Shown here: positions 42,538 to 52,028 of the stretch, one piece after another
How the letters are laid out: the number at the start of each line of letters is the position of its first letter
Position numbering within the stretch: position 1 is the first letter of the stretch
NCBI GenBank assembly: GCA_963726455.1
Contig: CAVSCK010000004.1
Span: forward strand, 1,024,001 to 1,088,000
Origin: an uncultured bacterium
GTDB taxonomy: Bacteria > Zixibacteria > MSB-5A5 > CAIYYT01
Direction of reading: 5' to 3'
Length of the DNA: 64,000 nt
The notes under the pieces: model-generated
Seen by the model: the letters and a program-made list of their open reading frames with translations, nothing else
The model's database searches: none
What the model was told of the DNA's origin: nothing
Program-made: the position numbers and the translations under genes

Positions 42538-45288
42538 ATGATCACTGGTACAAAGCGTTACAGCATACTCAGCGAATCCTTCGTCGCTCTATCAGTAGGT
42601 CTATTGCTGATAGCGGCGGGCCTTTTCGCGAGCGGCGGTGGACCCGGGCAAAAGGCCCTGAACGAAGTAGACTCGCAGGCAAAATTCTCGATTTCGGATG
42701 CGACCAACTTGCGGTTTGACGACCTTCATCAGGGCAAGCGGCTTGACGTATCTTTTGCTGATCCAGACACCAATCAAGTAGATGTCATCAGTGTCACTTT
42801 TTTGTATGATACTCTGTTCATAGCGATTGATTCCCTGGACGCTCACCAGGCCAACGGGTATCTCGATCCCACGGCAGGCACCGTTGACTCTATCAAGGTC
42901 AAAGAGGGGCCCGGCTGGTACGAGGTCGACTGCTTCGGAACCAAGTGCGCCCGCTTCGCCGATCGAGCGATTTTCGGTCTGTGGGTAAGCACGGACTGTA
43001 TGGAGCCGGAGGCATCTACGTCCATCATAATTGCCGATGGCCAGAATCCTCCGCCTTCTGCGGCATGCCAGTTTGAGGTATGTCCTTATGGTGACTTCTG
43101 GCCCGGAATCCGTGACACAAGTACCATTGCGCTCGCTGCCGATACAACATACATGTGGTTCCTTGGACAGGACTACGGTGACAGCACGTATGTTGGCGGT
43201 CAGGTCAAGATACCGGTCGAAATCTGGTCGACTTTTGCCCCAACTCATGGTTTCGGTGTAACAATAATCTACGATACCCTGCACCTGAGTTATGACGGCA
43301 TACAGAACGATGGGACTTGCTGGGCGACCTCAGGCGTAAGTGCAACGACCTCCTTAGACACGATCTTCATTATGTGTGGGGCAAACGGCTTCGCTCGCCC
43401 ACAATATACTTATAACGTCCTCACGTACGTCAAATGGAGTATTAGAGACAGTACATCCCTAAACAGTGAGCACGAAATCAATATCATCGCCGGGTATGCG
43501 TATGCCTGCGACGATTACGGCGGGCAGGCGAATGCCACCAGTAGCTCGCACGTCAAAGTGTGGCAATATAACGCCACATTCAAACTTGACCCCATATCTA
43601 TGCCTCGCAATTGTGACTACGCACACAGAAGAACCCAATCGGCGTCGCTAAAGAGCAACTTCCCTGTCGTGACGCGCTGGGGCTCGGGAAGCAGTCTTTC
43701 GGGCATGGCGTTTCATGTTCGAGATTCAAGCAGATTCACCACACTTACCAGCGATATCGACGGGGTCGCATATGGCCAAGACACCCTCATCTCCTGGGCG
43801 GTCTCGAACCATGGCAGCGGGGGAAAAGTATTCTCCACTGATTCGTGGTGTACCCCCTTCACAATTCCACCTTCCGAGTCGTACACGACCATCGGGTATC
43901 CGACATATACGTCTGGGAACTACTTAGGTACGGATACAACACGACTCCTAGCTGTTGATACTCTGGATTGTTTTCTCATGCCGGGTTACGGAGTTCCACT
44001 AATCAATGCTCATGACAATCCAGACAAGATACACTTCATGCACGGCACTGTGACAGTCCAAAATCCTCCGCCCGGTTGTCCTTACTTGTTTGCCTGGGAT
44101 GGCGCTCGCTTCGCTGAGGAAAACACGATCGTCGGAGATATCGCCAACGGAGCCCTGGCAAAACCTGCTCTTGACTTCTATAGGCTGCAGACCCGCATTG
44201 CTCCGGACAAAGGCCACTATCGTCTGCAAATCCGGGAGTTTGAACAGGAACGGTCAACCTTCGACAACTTCACCTTGGCCGCCATTGATCACCCCGAAGG
44301 GACGACGATCAATATCACGAGTGACGGTCGCATAACGGCTCACCGTGGTGAACTGCAACCGGTGTCCGCTGTGGACGATCGAGGGGTAGACTGCTTGGCC
44401 GAAATCAACAAAGAGGACGGCATCTTCTACTCGCGGGAAACGGAGGGCTCGCTGACATTGATCTACTCAATCGGTAAGGACTTTCTCCGTCAGTCGGTGG
44501 CGCTAGAGGACGAACCGCCACCACCTCCGGGACAGAAGAAGCTTGCTGCTGATTCCGGCAGCGCTTCAGGGCCGGGTGTCATGATTACGGAGGTTCAGAC
44601 AGCCGACGGCAATTGGGTGCGCGTGGATGCTCTCGCCGACCGCGCCAACGACGCCACCGAGAATGTCGCATTCAACCTTGCCGACTTCGTAGTGGACGGA
44701 CAGATCACGATAAGAAGAAGCTGGGAAACGCGAGCGTATGTCGACAAGATTTCACTCCTGTTGCCGAGCACAGTCGCTCCGCAAGCAAACCCGCTTCGAC
44801 TTACTTATGCCGCTCATTCCCTTCAAGGCGATGTGCTGGGTCTCTTGGCTGATGCTGACGATAACGTGACGACGCTTTCGCCGGGCGAGTCGATCGAACT
44901 CAGCTTCGAAGATTCCCAGCTGCAACCGGTGACTCCCGGATACGTGCGTGATTTCGTCTTTAGTGCGAAAGGATTCTACACTTCCTACAAGACGAATGCC
45001 ACGCTTCCCGAGACCTATCGTCTGTCACAAAACTACCCGAATCCGTTCAACCCGTCGACCTCCATCTATTACAATCTGGCCACCAACTCGCGAGTTGAAC
45101 TTTCCGTATACAATGCGCTCGGCCAGAAGGTCAGAACGTTGGTAGACGAGTCGCAGCAGGCCGGCAGCCACTCGGTATTGTGGGACGGAAAGGATGACGG
45201 AGGAAGTAACGTCGCCAGCGGCGTCTACCTCTACAAACTCACAGCCGGCGATTACACCGCCTCGCGTAAGATGATCCTGATGAAATAG
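42538..45288 (+). CDS. Large secreted protein with cohesin-like modules and FlgD-Ig/T9SS-type C-terminal sorting domain
   Basis: Signal peptide; GGQVKIPVEIWS...GFGVTIIYDTLHLSYDG; GCPYLFAWDG domain; LSQNYPNPFNPST...YNALGQKVRTL...WDGKD...SGVYLY. Confidence 0.8.
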   Translation: MITGTKRYSILSESFVALSVGLLLIAAGLFASGGGPGQKALNEVDSQAKFSISDATNLRFDDLHQGKRLDVSFADPDTNQVDVISVTFLYDTLFIAIDSLDAHQANGYLDPTAGTVDSIKVKEGPGWYEVDCFGTKCARFADRAIFGLWVSTDCMEPEASTSIIIADGQNPPPSAACQFEVCPYGDFWPGIRDTSTIALAADTTYMWFLGQDYGDSTYVGGQVKIPVEIWSTFAPTHGFGVTIIYDTLHLSYDGIQNDGTCWATSGVSATTSLDTIFIMCGANGFARPQYTYNVLTYVKWSIRDSTSLNSEHEINIIAGYAYACDDYGGQANATSSSHVKVWQYNATFKLDPISMPRNCDYAHRRTQSASLKSNFPVVTRWGSGSSLSGMAFHVRDSSRFTTLTSDIDGVAYGQDTLISWAVSNHGSGGKVFSTDSWCTPFTIPPSESYTTIGYPTYTSGNYLGTDTTRLLAVDTLDCFLMPGYGVPLINAHDNPDKIHFMHGTVTVQNPPPGCPYLFAWDGARFAEENTIVGDIANGALAKPALDFYRLQTRIAPDKGHYRLQIREFEQERSTFDNFTLAAIDHPEGTTINITSDGRITAHRGELQPVSAVDDRGVDCLAEINKEDGIFYSRETEGSLTLIYSIGKDFLRQSVALEDEPPPPPGQKKLAADSGSASGPGVMITEVQTADGNWVRVDALADRANDATENVAFNLADFVVDGQITIRRSWETRAYVDKISLLLPSTVAPQANPLRLTYAAHSLQGDVLGLLADADDNVTTLSPGESIELSFEDSQLQPVTPGYVRDFVFSAKGFYTSYKTNATLPETYRLSQNYPNPFNPSTSIYYNLATNSRVELSVYNALGQKVRTLVDESQQAGSHSVLWDGKDDGGSNVASGVYLYKLTAGDYTASRKMILMK

Positions 45289-45325
45289 AGGCGAGCGGGA
45301 TATCAGTCGAACTTGCATCCAAACG

Positions 45326-45353
45326 AAACAGGGCGCCGAAGGCGACCTGTTTT
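45326..45353. terminator. Terminator hairpin between convergent genes
   Basis: aaacagggcgcc-gaa-ggcgacctgtttt. Confidence 0.6.
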
Positions 45354-45412
45354 CACGAGTGAAGTTTGAAATAGCAGTAGTGCAACCGGATCACCGCCGG
45401 TTTGTAACGTAG

Positions 45413-46794
45413 CTAGCCGGGGTTCTCCCGGTTGTTATCAATTCCGTACTTCTTGATCTTCTCGAATAGCGTCGTGTAATCGATCTTAAGAATTTCCGCC
45501 GTCTTGCGTTTGTTGCCGTGAGTCTGCGCGAGTATCCGCAGGATCATGCCGCGTTCGGCCTGTGCCTGGGCATATTGTCCCACTTCGCGCAGTCCGGCGC
45601 CCTCGCGCAAGGCGAATTTCTTCGGTACTGGGCAGACGAATCGCCAGATGCTCCGGCTTGATCTTCTTCCCTTCCGCCAGAATGATCGAGCGCTCGACCG
45701 TGTTTTCCAGTTCGCGGACATTGCCCGGCCAGTGGTAGCGTTCGAGAATGGCGATGGCCTCGCGCGACAGCGACTTCTCCCCCTTTTTCATACGGCGGGA
45801 GTATTTCTCGACAAAGTAATTGGCGAGCGGCACGATGTCGTCGCGGCGTTCACGCAACGGAGGAATATGAATCGGAAACACCGACAAACGATAGAAAAGA
45901 TCCTCACGGAACTTCTGTTTGCCGATGGCTTCCTGCAAGATTCTGATTGGTGGCGGCAATAATGCGGACATCCACCTCAATCGGTTTGTTGCCGCCAAGA
46001 CGCTCGAATGAGTGCTCCTGCAGCACGCGCAATAGTTTCGCCTGCAGCGAAAATTCGAGATCACCGATTTCGTCGAGAAAGACGGTGCCACCATCGGCGA
46101 TTTCGAACTTGCCCATCTTGCGGGCATGCGATGAAGTAAACGCACCCTTCTCGGAACCGAACAATTCGTTCTCCAGAAGTTCGCCCGGAATGGCGGCGCA
46201 GTTGATCGTGATATAGGGTTTATTCTTGCGCTGCGACAACGAGTGGATGGCATGCGCGAACAATTCTTTACCGGTACCCGATTCGCCGGTGAGCAGAACG
46301 GCGGTGTCTGAGGGCGATACCTTCTGCACCAGCCGCGAGACTTCCAGCATGTTTTCGCTGGCGCCGATGATCTCGGCGAAACCGAGCGACTGCGCAAGTT
46401 CTTCACGCAGCAGCATATTCTCCGCAACCAGCCGCTGGTTTTCCAGAGCGCGTTCGACCAGCATTTGCAGATGATTGATGTCGAACGGCTTCTGCAGGAA
46501 ATCGAAAGCCCCGCGTTTCATCGCCTCGACAGCATTCTCGATTGTGCCGTAGGCGGTCATGACGATCACGGCGGTATCGGGGTCATGTTCCTTCACCTGC
46601 GACAACACTTCCAGCCCCGAGATGTCGGGCATCTTAAGATCGGTCAGCACCACATCGAAATGCTTCTCTTTGCTCTTGGCGATACCAATATCACCCGAGC
46701 CCGCGGCATCAACATCGTATCCTTCCGAAGTCAATGACGCCGACAACATGTCGCGCATGCTGTCCTTGTCGTCGATAACCAAAATAGCCGGCAT
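45413..46794 (-). CDS. Sigma-54-dependent response regulator (two frameshifts)
   Basis: REC ILVIDD...TDLKMP; GESGTGKE; ENELFGSEKGAFTSS; FREDLFYRL; WPGNVRELEN; HTH GNKRKTAEILKIDYTTLFEK. Confidence 0.9.
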
Positions 46795-46938
46795 AATTCC
46801 TTTCGCTACGGTTGGCGACAGTTGAACTGCTCCCATTCTCTTGTATCGTCATCGGCGGCAAAAGCTAAAGGGGACGGGTCAGTTGTGAAAACTACCGAAA
46901 TCGAGGAAGAGCCGGAATATTGTTGCGTTCTGAAACAG

Positions 46939-47604
46939 TCAGGCGCGTTTGGCGGCCACGAGTTGTCTGAGGAAATTGTACCAATTGTCCAGGCCGGCGC
47001 CGGTACGGCAGGAAGTCTCGAAGATCGTCAAATTGCCGTTGATGCTGAGCGCATTGCGGCGGACCCGCGCCATGTCGAAATCGGACAGGCCGAGCAGGTC
47101 GGTCTTGTTGACCACCATCACGGAAGAGCGCCGAAACATTGACGGGTATTTGAGCGGTTTGTCGTCCCCCTCGGTGGCACTGATCAACACGACCTTCATG
47201 TCTTCGCCGAGATCGTAACCAGCCGGACAGACCAGATTGCCGACGTTTTCGATGAAGAGCAGATCGACAACATTGAGATCGATTTGCGATAGCGCCTGCG
47301 TGACCATGCGCGCATCGAGATGACACGCGCCGCCGGTCACGATCGGCCGCACCAGTTTGCCACCCGCGCGCGTCAAGCGGTTGGCGTCGTTTTCGGTTTG
47401 AACATCTCCCGCAATCAGAGCAAGGCGCATTTCGGAATTGAGAGCGATGATGGTCTTTTCGAGCAGACTGGTCTTACCAGAACCGGGAGAACTGACCAGA
47501 TTGAGCGCGACAATCTTGTGTGCCGAAAGCCGCTGTCGGATGTCAGACGCCAGACGGTCGTTTTCGGATAGGACCTTCTTCTCGATGGGAATGCGATCGA
47601 CCAT
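46939..47604 (-). CDS. hypB: Hydrogenase nickel incorporation GTPase HypB
   Basis: SSPGSGKTSLLE, GGACHLDA, ENVGNLVCPA, EGDDKPLKYP, NKTDLL. Confidence 0.95.
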   Translation of the reverse strand: MVDRIPIEKKVLSENDRLASDIRQRLSAHKIVALNLVSSPGSGKTSLLEKTIIALNSEMRLALIAGDVQTENDANRLTRAGGKLVRPIVTGGACHLDARMVTQALSQIDLNVVDLLFIENVGNLVCPAGYDLGEDMKVVLISATEGDDKPLKYPSMFRRSSVMVVNKTDLLGLSDFDMARVRRNALSINGNLTIFETSCRTGAGLDNWYNFLRQLVAAKRA

Positions 47605-47870
47605 GCTTATAGCATAGGCGAGATTTAAGGGAAAATCAAGGGTGAAGTATCGCTTAATAATACGAACATTCAGTTTGGCATCGCGATGACAAGGTCAAAC
47701 AAAAAGAGGTTATCCGAAGAGTTCCTTATATTCAATTTCGAGATCGCGCCAGTTCACAATTTCGCGCTGGGAGATCGGTTGTGTCAACGGTTTGCGAAAT
47801 GACCGCGCGAAATCAAGAACCGGCGCAACAACGCGAATGTCACTTGTGGGACGGCTTCGGAATGTTCAAC

Positions 47871-48212
47871 CTACTCGGCTTCGATGAATGTGATATCCAG
47901 TTCCTGCCCTTGAATGACCTCATTGTCAGAGGATTCGCAGTTAGGACAGACGAAGATGAAATCATTCGCTTCGAAGGACAATCCGCACTTGCGGCAGGTG
48001 GCTTTGATCGGCACCGCTTCGATTTCCAGAGTGCTGCCGGCCAAAGTCGTGTCGGCGATGAGAGTATCGTAGCCAAAGCGCAACGCCTCGGCATCGACGT
48101 TGGCAAGCGCGCCGATCCGCAGGCCGATTCGCTTCAGAGACTTCAGCCCTCGTTGTTGCATTTCCCCGGTTACGGTTTCGATGATCGAGGAGGCGATTGA
48201 AAGTTCGTGCAT
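47871..48212 (-). CDS. hypA: Hydrogenase maturation nickel metallochaperone HypA
   Basis: MHELSIA, CRKC...CPNC. Confidence 0.95.
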   Translation of the reverse strand: MHELSIASSIIETVTGEMQQRGLKSLKRIGLRIGALANVDAEALRFGYDTLIADTTLAGSTLEIEAVPIKATCRKCGLSFEANDFIFVCPNCESSDNEVIQGQELDITFIEAE

Positions 48213-48231
48213 ACCGCGCGTCTAAACAGAA

Positions 48232-49614
48232 CTACTTGTGAATGTGCTTGAGAAATTCCTCAACCTCAGGTACGCCGCCCTGTAAAATCAAGTATCCGTT
48301 GTAAGGTTCGCGCTCGGTGATGTCGCTGGAAATCGGAGTTAGCATCATCTCTTTGACCTTGTCCAGGTCATTGGTCTGTCCCATCACCCAGCCGAGCTTG
48401 ATATAGGCAACTTCCGGCAGCATGTTAGACAGCGGGATAATACCTTTCGACATCAGGTCGCGGCCGGTGTCGTACACGAACATGTGGACATAACCCCAGA
48501 GCGTCTGTACGGTCATGAACATGGCGACGCCACGGTCACGGGCGCGTTCGATAGCCGGATACAGTGGTTTGTTGACATGTCCGAGGCCGGTGCCGGCGAT
48601 AATGATTCCGCGATAGCCGTTGTCCACCAGTGAATCGATGATGTCGGGCTGCATGTTGGGATAGTAATAAACGATGGCCACCTTCTCTTCGAAGAAGGGA
48701 TAAACTTTCGCTTTGCGATCGGTGCGACGATGATTGTAGTCGGATTGCAGCGGCGAAATTTTCTGGCGGTTGACCATCGCGAGCGGGATATCCCCTATCG
48801 TGCGAAAAGTCGAACGATAGGAGGAATGCATTTTGCGCACACGTGTACCGCGATGCAGCAAGCCGTATTCGTCAGAAGTTGGCCCAAACATGCAAACCAT
48901 TACTTCCGCCAGATCGGACTCGGCGGCCGTTTTTGTGGCATGCATGAGATTGAGGGCGGCATCGGAGCTAGGCCGATCCGAGGAACGCTGCGAGCCGACC
49001 ATCACGATCGGCACCGGCGAATCCTGAACCATATAGGCCAGCGCCGCGGCGGTGTGATGCATGGTGTCGGTGCCGTGACCAATCACTATACCGTCGATTC
49101 CCTTTTCGATTTCGCGGCCGATGGCGATTGCCAATGTCTTGTATTGTTCCGGCCCCATGTTCTCGCTGAAGACGGCGAATAGTTTCTCAGTGGTAAGATT
49201 ACAGATGTCGGCCAACTCGGGAACGGCGCCGTAAAGTTCCCCGGGAGAAAACGCGGGAATCACCGCGCCGGTGCGATAATCAAGACGTGAAGCGATCGTT
49301 CCGCCGGTGCCGAGAAGTTTGACATACGGCCTGCCCTTGGTGATCGGAAATTCCTTTTCGGGGATCTTGTAGTGCGCCTCTTTGTAGCCGACTTCTTTCA
49401 TTGCGAGAATGGTGCTAATGGCTACGCCGACGTTGTAGCCGCTCTGGAGTTTAACGACGATATGTTGGTCGTCATCAAATTCGCTGCGAGGCAGCAGAAT
49501 GCCGCGAAAATCTCCGCGAGTCGTCTTGATTTCCGTATCGCCCCAGACGCGCATATTGAATTCTTTCAGCGTGTTCAGCGCCGCGCCCTTATAGCCCTTG
49601 AATATGTCAGCCAT
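48232..49614 (-). CDS. gatD: Glu-tRNA(Gln) amidotransferase subunit D
   Basis: GatD N-terminal domain (KLQSGYNVGV) + asparaginase core TGGTIASRLDYRTGAV, HGTDTM, GSQRSSDRPSSDA, RKMHSSYR. Confidence 0.92.
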   Translation of the reverse strand: MADIFKGYKGAALNTLKEFNMRVWGDTEIKTTRGDFRGILLPRSEFDDDQHIVVKLQSGYNVGVAISTILAMKEVGYKEAHYKIPEKEFPITKGRPYVKLLGTGGTIASRLDYRTGAVIPAFSPGELYGAVPELADICNLTTEKLFAVFSENMGPEQYKTLAIAIGREIEKGIDGIVIGHGTDTMHHTAAALAYMVQDSPVPIVMVGSQRSSDRPSSDAALNLMHATKTAAESDLAEVMVCMFGPTSDEYGLLHRGTRVRKMHSSYRSTFRTIGDIPLAMVNRQKISPLQSDYNHRRTDRKAKVYPFFEEKVAIVYYYPNMQPDIIDSLVDNGYRGIIIAGTGLGHVNKPLYPAIERARDRGVAMFMTVQTLWGYVHMFVYDTGRDLMSKGIIPLSNMLPEVAYIKLGWVMGQTNDLDKVKEMMLTPISSDITEREPYNGYLILQGGVPEVEEFLKHIHK

Positions 49615-51589
49615 TAGCCACCTCTTTCACGACCTGATCGTACAATTCCTTAAGCGGCACGTTCCCGAGAGCGCGTTTGCGCAGATGCCCCATAATCCAG
49701 TCGACTTCCGCCTCCGGCCTGGTTGTTCTTCTGATCTCACGGAACTTGCGTCGGAAGGCAGAAGCGTACGACATGACCTCCGCTATTGAGAAGCGCCGGT
49801 AGTCGAGAGTTATCAGGACGGATTCAAAAGCCATGTTGGGATGTTGGTAGATAACCGGCAGCATGTCCTTCAGAATTTCGCGCTCCAAATTGCGCTCTTT
49901 GGCGAACAAGAACATGCCATAGATTTTTTTGTAGGTGAAGCCGGCCGCCGGGGGAAATTTGCCTTCAATGCGTTTGAGATGCTGCGCAAAGAGTGCGGCA
50001 GCAAAACGCGGTTCCTGACTGCATTCCAGCACGATACGCTCGATCATGCCGACCAGGTTGCGCCGCAGCAGGTAGGCGAATTGATCGACCGGGACATTCC
50101 ATTCTTTCAACTGACGGAAACGGTCGGAGATGTCCAACGGCAAATCCTTTTTCTTAGCTTCGATCAGGGATTCGGGAATCGGAATCGGCGCCGAATCGGT
50201 GTCGGGATACATGCGATCGGGACCGGGCAGCACACGTTCAAAAATAGTTGTGCCGTCCGGAAGGCCTTTGCGCGTTTCGTTGGGGACTCCGACCATGGCA
50301 AGTCGGCAGCGCTCTTCGATAGTCTCGATTGCCGTCTTGATGTCTTCGGCTGGTCCCCAGATGATCAATTGCGCGTCGTTTTCCTGCGAATTCAGAAGTC
50401 TTCTAATGATCTTAAATTCGGCGTCACCGAGAACGGGTTGTAACTCTTCCGAGTGAATCAAGTTCGGCCTTTCAAGGCAGGCGATAACCTTGACGCGTTC
50501 GCTGAGTTCGTCGGCGAACATCCTGCCGGGCTGCGTGAAGAATGACAAAATTCCTTTGAACTGCGGCAGATTCATCGCTACCAAACCTGAACCGTCCGTT
50601 CTGGCCAAACTCAGAGGCAGGTATTCGGAAAATAGCAGGTCGAAGTCAATTTCCTTATGGGTCGGCCGCCACTCGCGCGCATCAGGAATACGTTCGATGA
50701 GCCGCTTGCGGATTTCCAGCAGCGCCCACTGGCGGAAGGCCTCGTTGTGGACTAACTCGGGAATCCAGCGAATGTGAGCGACGCCCTTGATTTCCACGCG
50801 GCTGCCGCCGGTGACGCTGACATTGACGTCCTCACGCGCAGCGCCGATACCGGTGCGGACTTTACCCGAGCTGCGAGCTAAGAACCGCAAGTAGTTGGCG
50901 GCTTCAGCAACTTCATCCGGGGTTTTCATGTCGGGATAAGTTACGGTTTCGATCAACGGCATGCCGAGTCGGTCGGTGGTGTAAACTCGCCAGTGCCCCT
51001 GATCCGAGACTTCCCGGCAGGCGTCTTCCTCGACACTCAACTGGATGATCCGGACTTCCTTGTTCCGGAGCGGTATCTTGCCCTCGATGGCGACGATGCC
51101 GGTTCGTTGAAAGCCGGTGGGGATACTGCCGTCCAGGTACTGCTTGCGCGTGATGTGAAACTCGCCGACAATGCTCATCTTGAGCAACAACGCCACTTCG
51201 ATGGCAATGTCGAGCGCCTCGCGGTTGACCGGAAACGGCGGCGTGTCATCGTAGTCGTAGGTGCAGGCGGTTTCCTTCTTGATGCGATAAATCACGTTCT
51301 TGCGGGTCTTGAATTCCATCAGCGCCGTACCGTCGTACTCACCCAACTCCGAGAGGGTCGGTCGCATGTGGCGGACGACTTCCTGGTCGAAATCGGTGCC
51401 TTCCTGGTAAACACCGGCCGGGCAATGGCAGAACAACTTCTTGGCCGTTCGCAGTTGCTGATGTATTTCCAGTCCGCATTTGAACCCCAGGTGGTTATAG
51501 ATTTCCGGCGAGGCATCCTTGCGTGCGACGTAGCCGACAACCTGACGGGATGAGTCATAATTATTGGTGGGATCAAGTATTTGCTTCAT
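49607..51589 (-). CDS. gatE: Glu-tRNA(Gln) amidotransferase subunit E
   Basis: GLEIHQQL..KKLFC.C, SELGEYD, DGSIPTGFQRT, DRLGMPLIE, DVNVSVTGG.RVEIKGV, LPGPDRMYPDTD; overlaps the gatD start. Confidence 0.92.
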   Translation of the reverse strand: MKQILDPTNNYDSSRQVVGYVARKDASPEIYNHLGFKCGLEIHQQLRTAKKLFCHCPAGVYQEGTDFDQEVVRHMRPTLSELGEYDGTALMEFKTRKNVIYRIKKETACTYDYDDTPPFPVNREALDIAIEVALLLKMSIVGEFHITRKQYLDGSIPTGFQRTGIVAIEGKIPLRNKEVRIIQLSVEEDACREVSDQGHWRVYTTDRLGMPLIETVTYPDMKTPDEVAEAANYLRFLARSSGKVRTGIGAAREDVNVSVTGGSRVEIKGVAHIRWIPELVHNEAFRQWALLEIRKRLIERIPDAREWRPTHKEIDFDLLFSEYLPLSLARTDGSGLVAMNLPQFKGILSFFTQPGRMFADELSERVKVIACLERPNLIHSEELQPVLGDAEFKIIRRLLNSQENDAQLIIWGPAEDIKTAIETIEERCRLAMVGVPNETRKGLPDGTTIFERVLPGPDRMYPDTDSAPIPIPESLIEAKKKDLPLDISDRFRQLKEWNVPVDQFAYLLRRNLVGMIERIVLECSQEPRFAAALFAQHLKRIEGKFPPAAGFTYKKIYGMFLFAKERNLEREILKDMLPVIYQHPNMAFESVLITLDYRRFSIAEVMSYASAFRRKFREIRRTTRPEAEVDWIMGHLRKRALGNVPLKELYDQVVKEVANG

Positions 51590-52028
51590 GGGCTGCTGTC
51601 AACTCCAGTAATCGGTTCCATGTCATCCGCAGCCGAAGCTTGCGGAAACGCAAATTAGGCGAAGCCATGCAGGCATTCAAGAAGATTCGACGACTTCCCG
51701 GAAAAATAGTCATGCAGCGGAGGTACTAAGCATACTGACTTAATCTGCAATTCCCCGGCCATTGTGTTGCCGCGATTTGAGACCGTTGATACTAACTGAG
51801 ATGGGGCAAACTTTGATTGGGTCAAAAATACGATGGCAAACTCTAAATAGGCCTTGACATTAGCAGAAACCTACGCTTAATTATCAATACGGTTGAGCAC
51901 CAACCTTTCAAACCGTTTTAACTTTCAGGTACTTTTCTTGAATTAGAGTAACTCACGATAATTGCAGGTAATGTAGCGCAATTGTGTAAATGGATTTTGT
52001 AACACAAACCTTATCGGAGGAGGGAACA

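Noticed and set aside
51800-51855. c-di-GMP-I riboswitch upstream of the scaffold gene
   Set aside because: GGCAAAC and GCAAA occur, but the GNRA-capped P2 stem and P1/P3 pairing are not evident.
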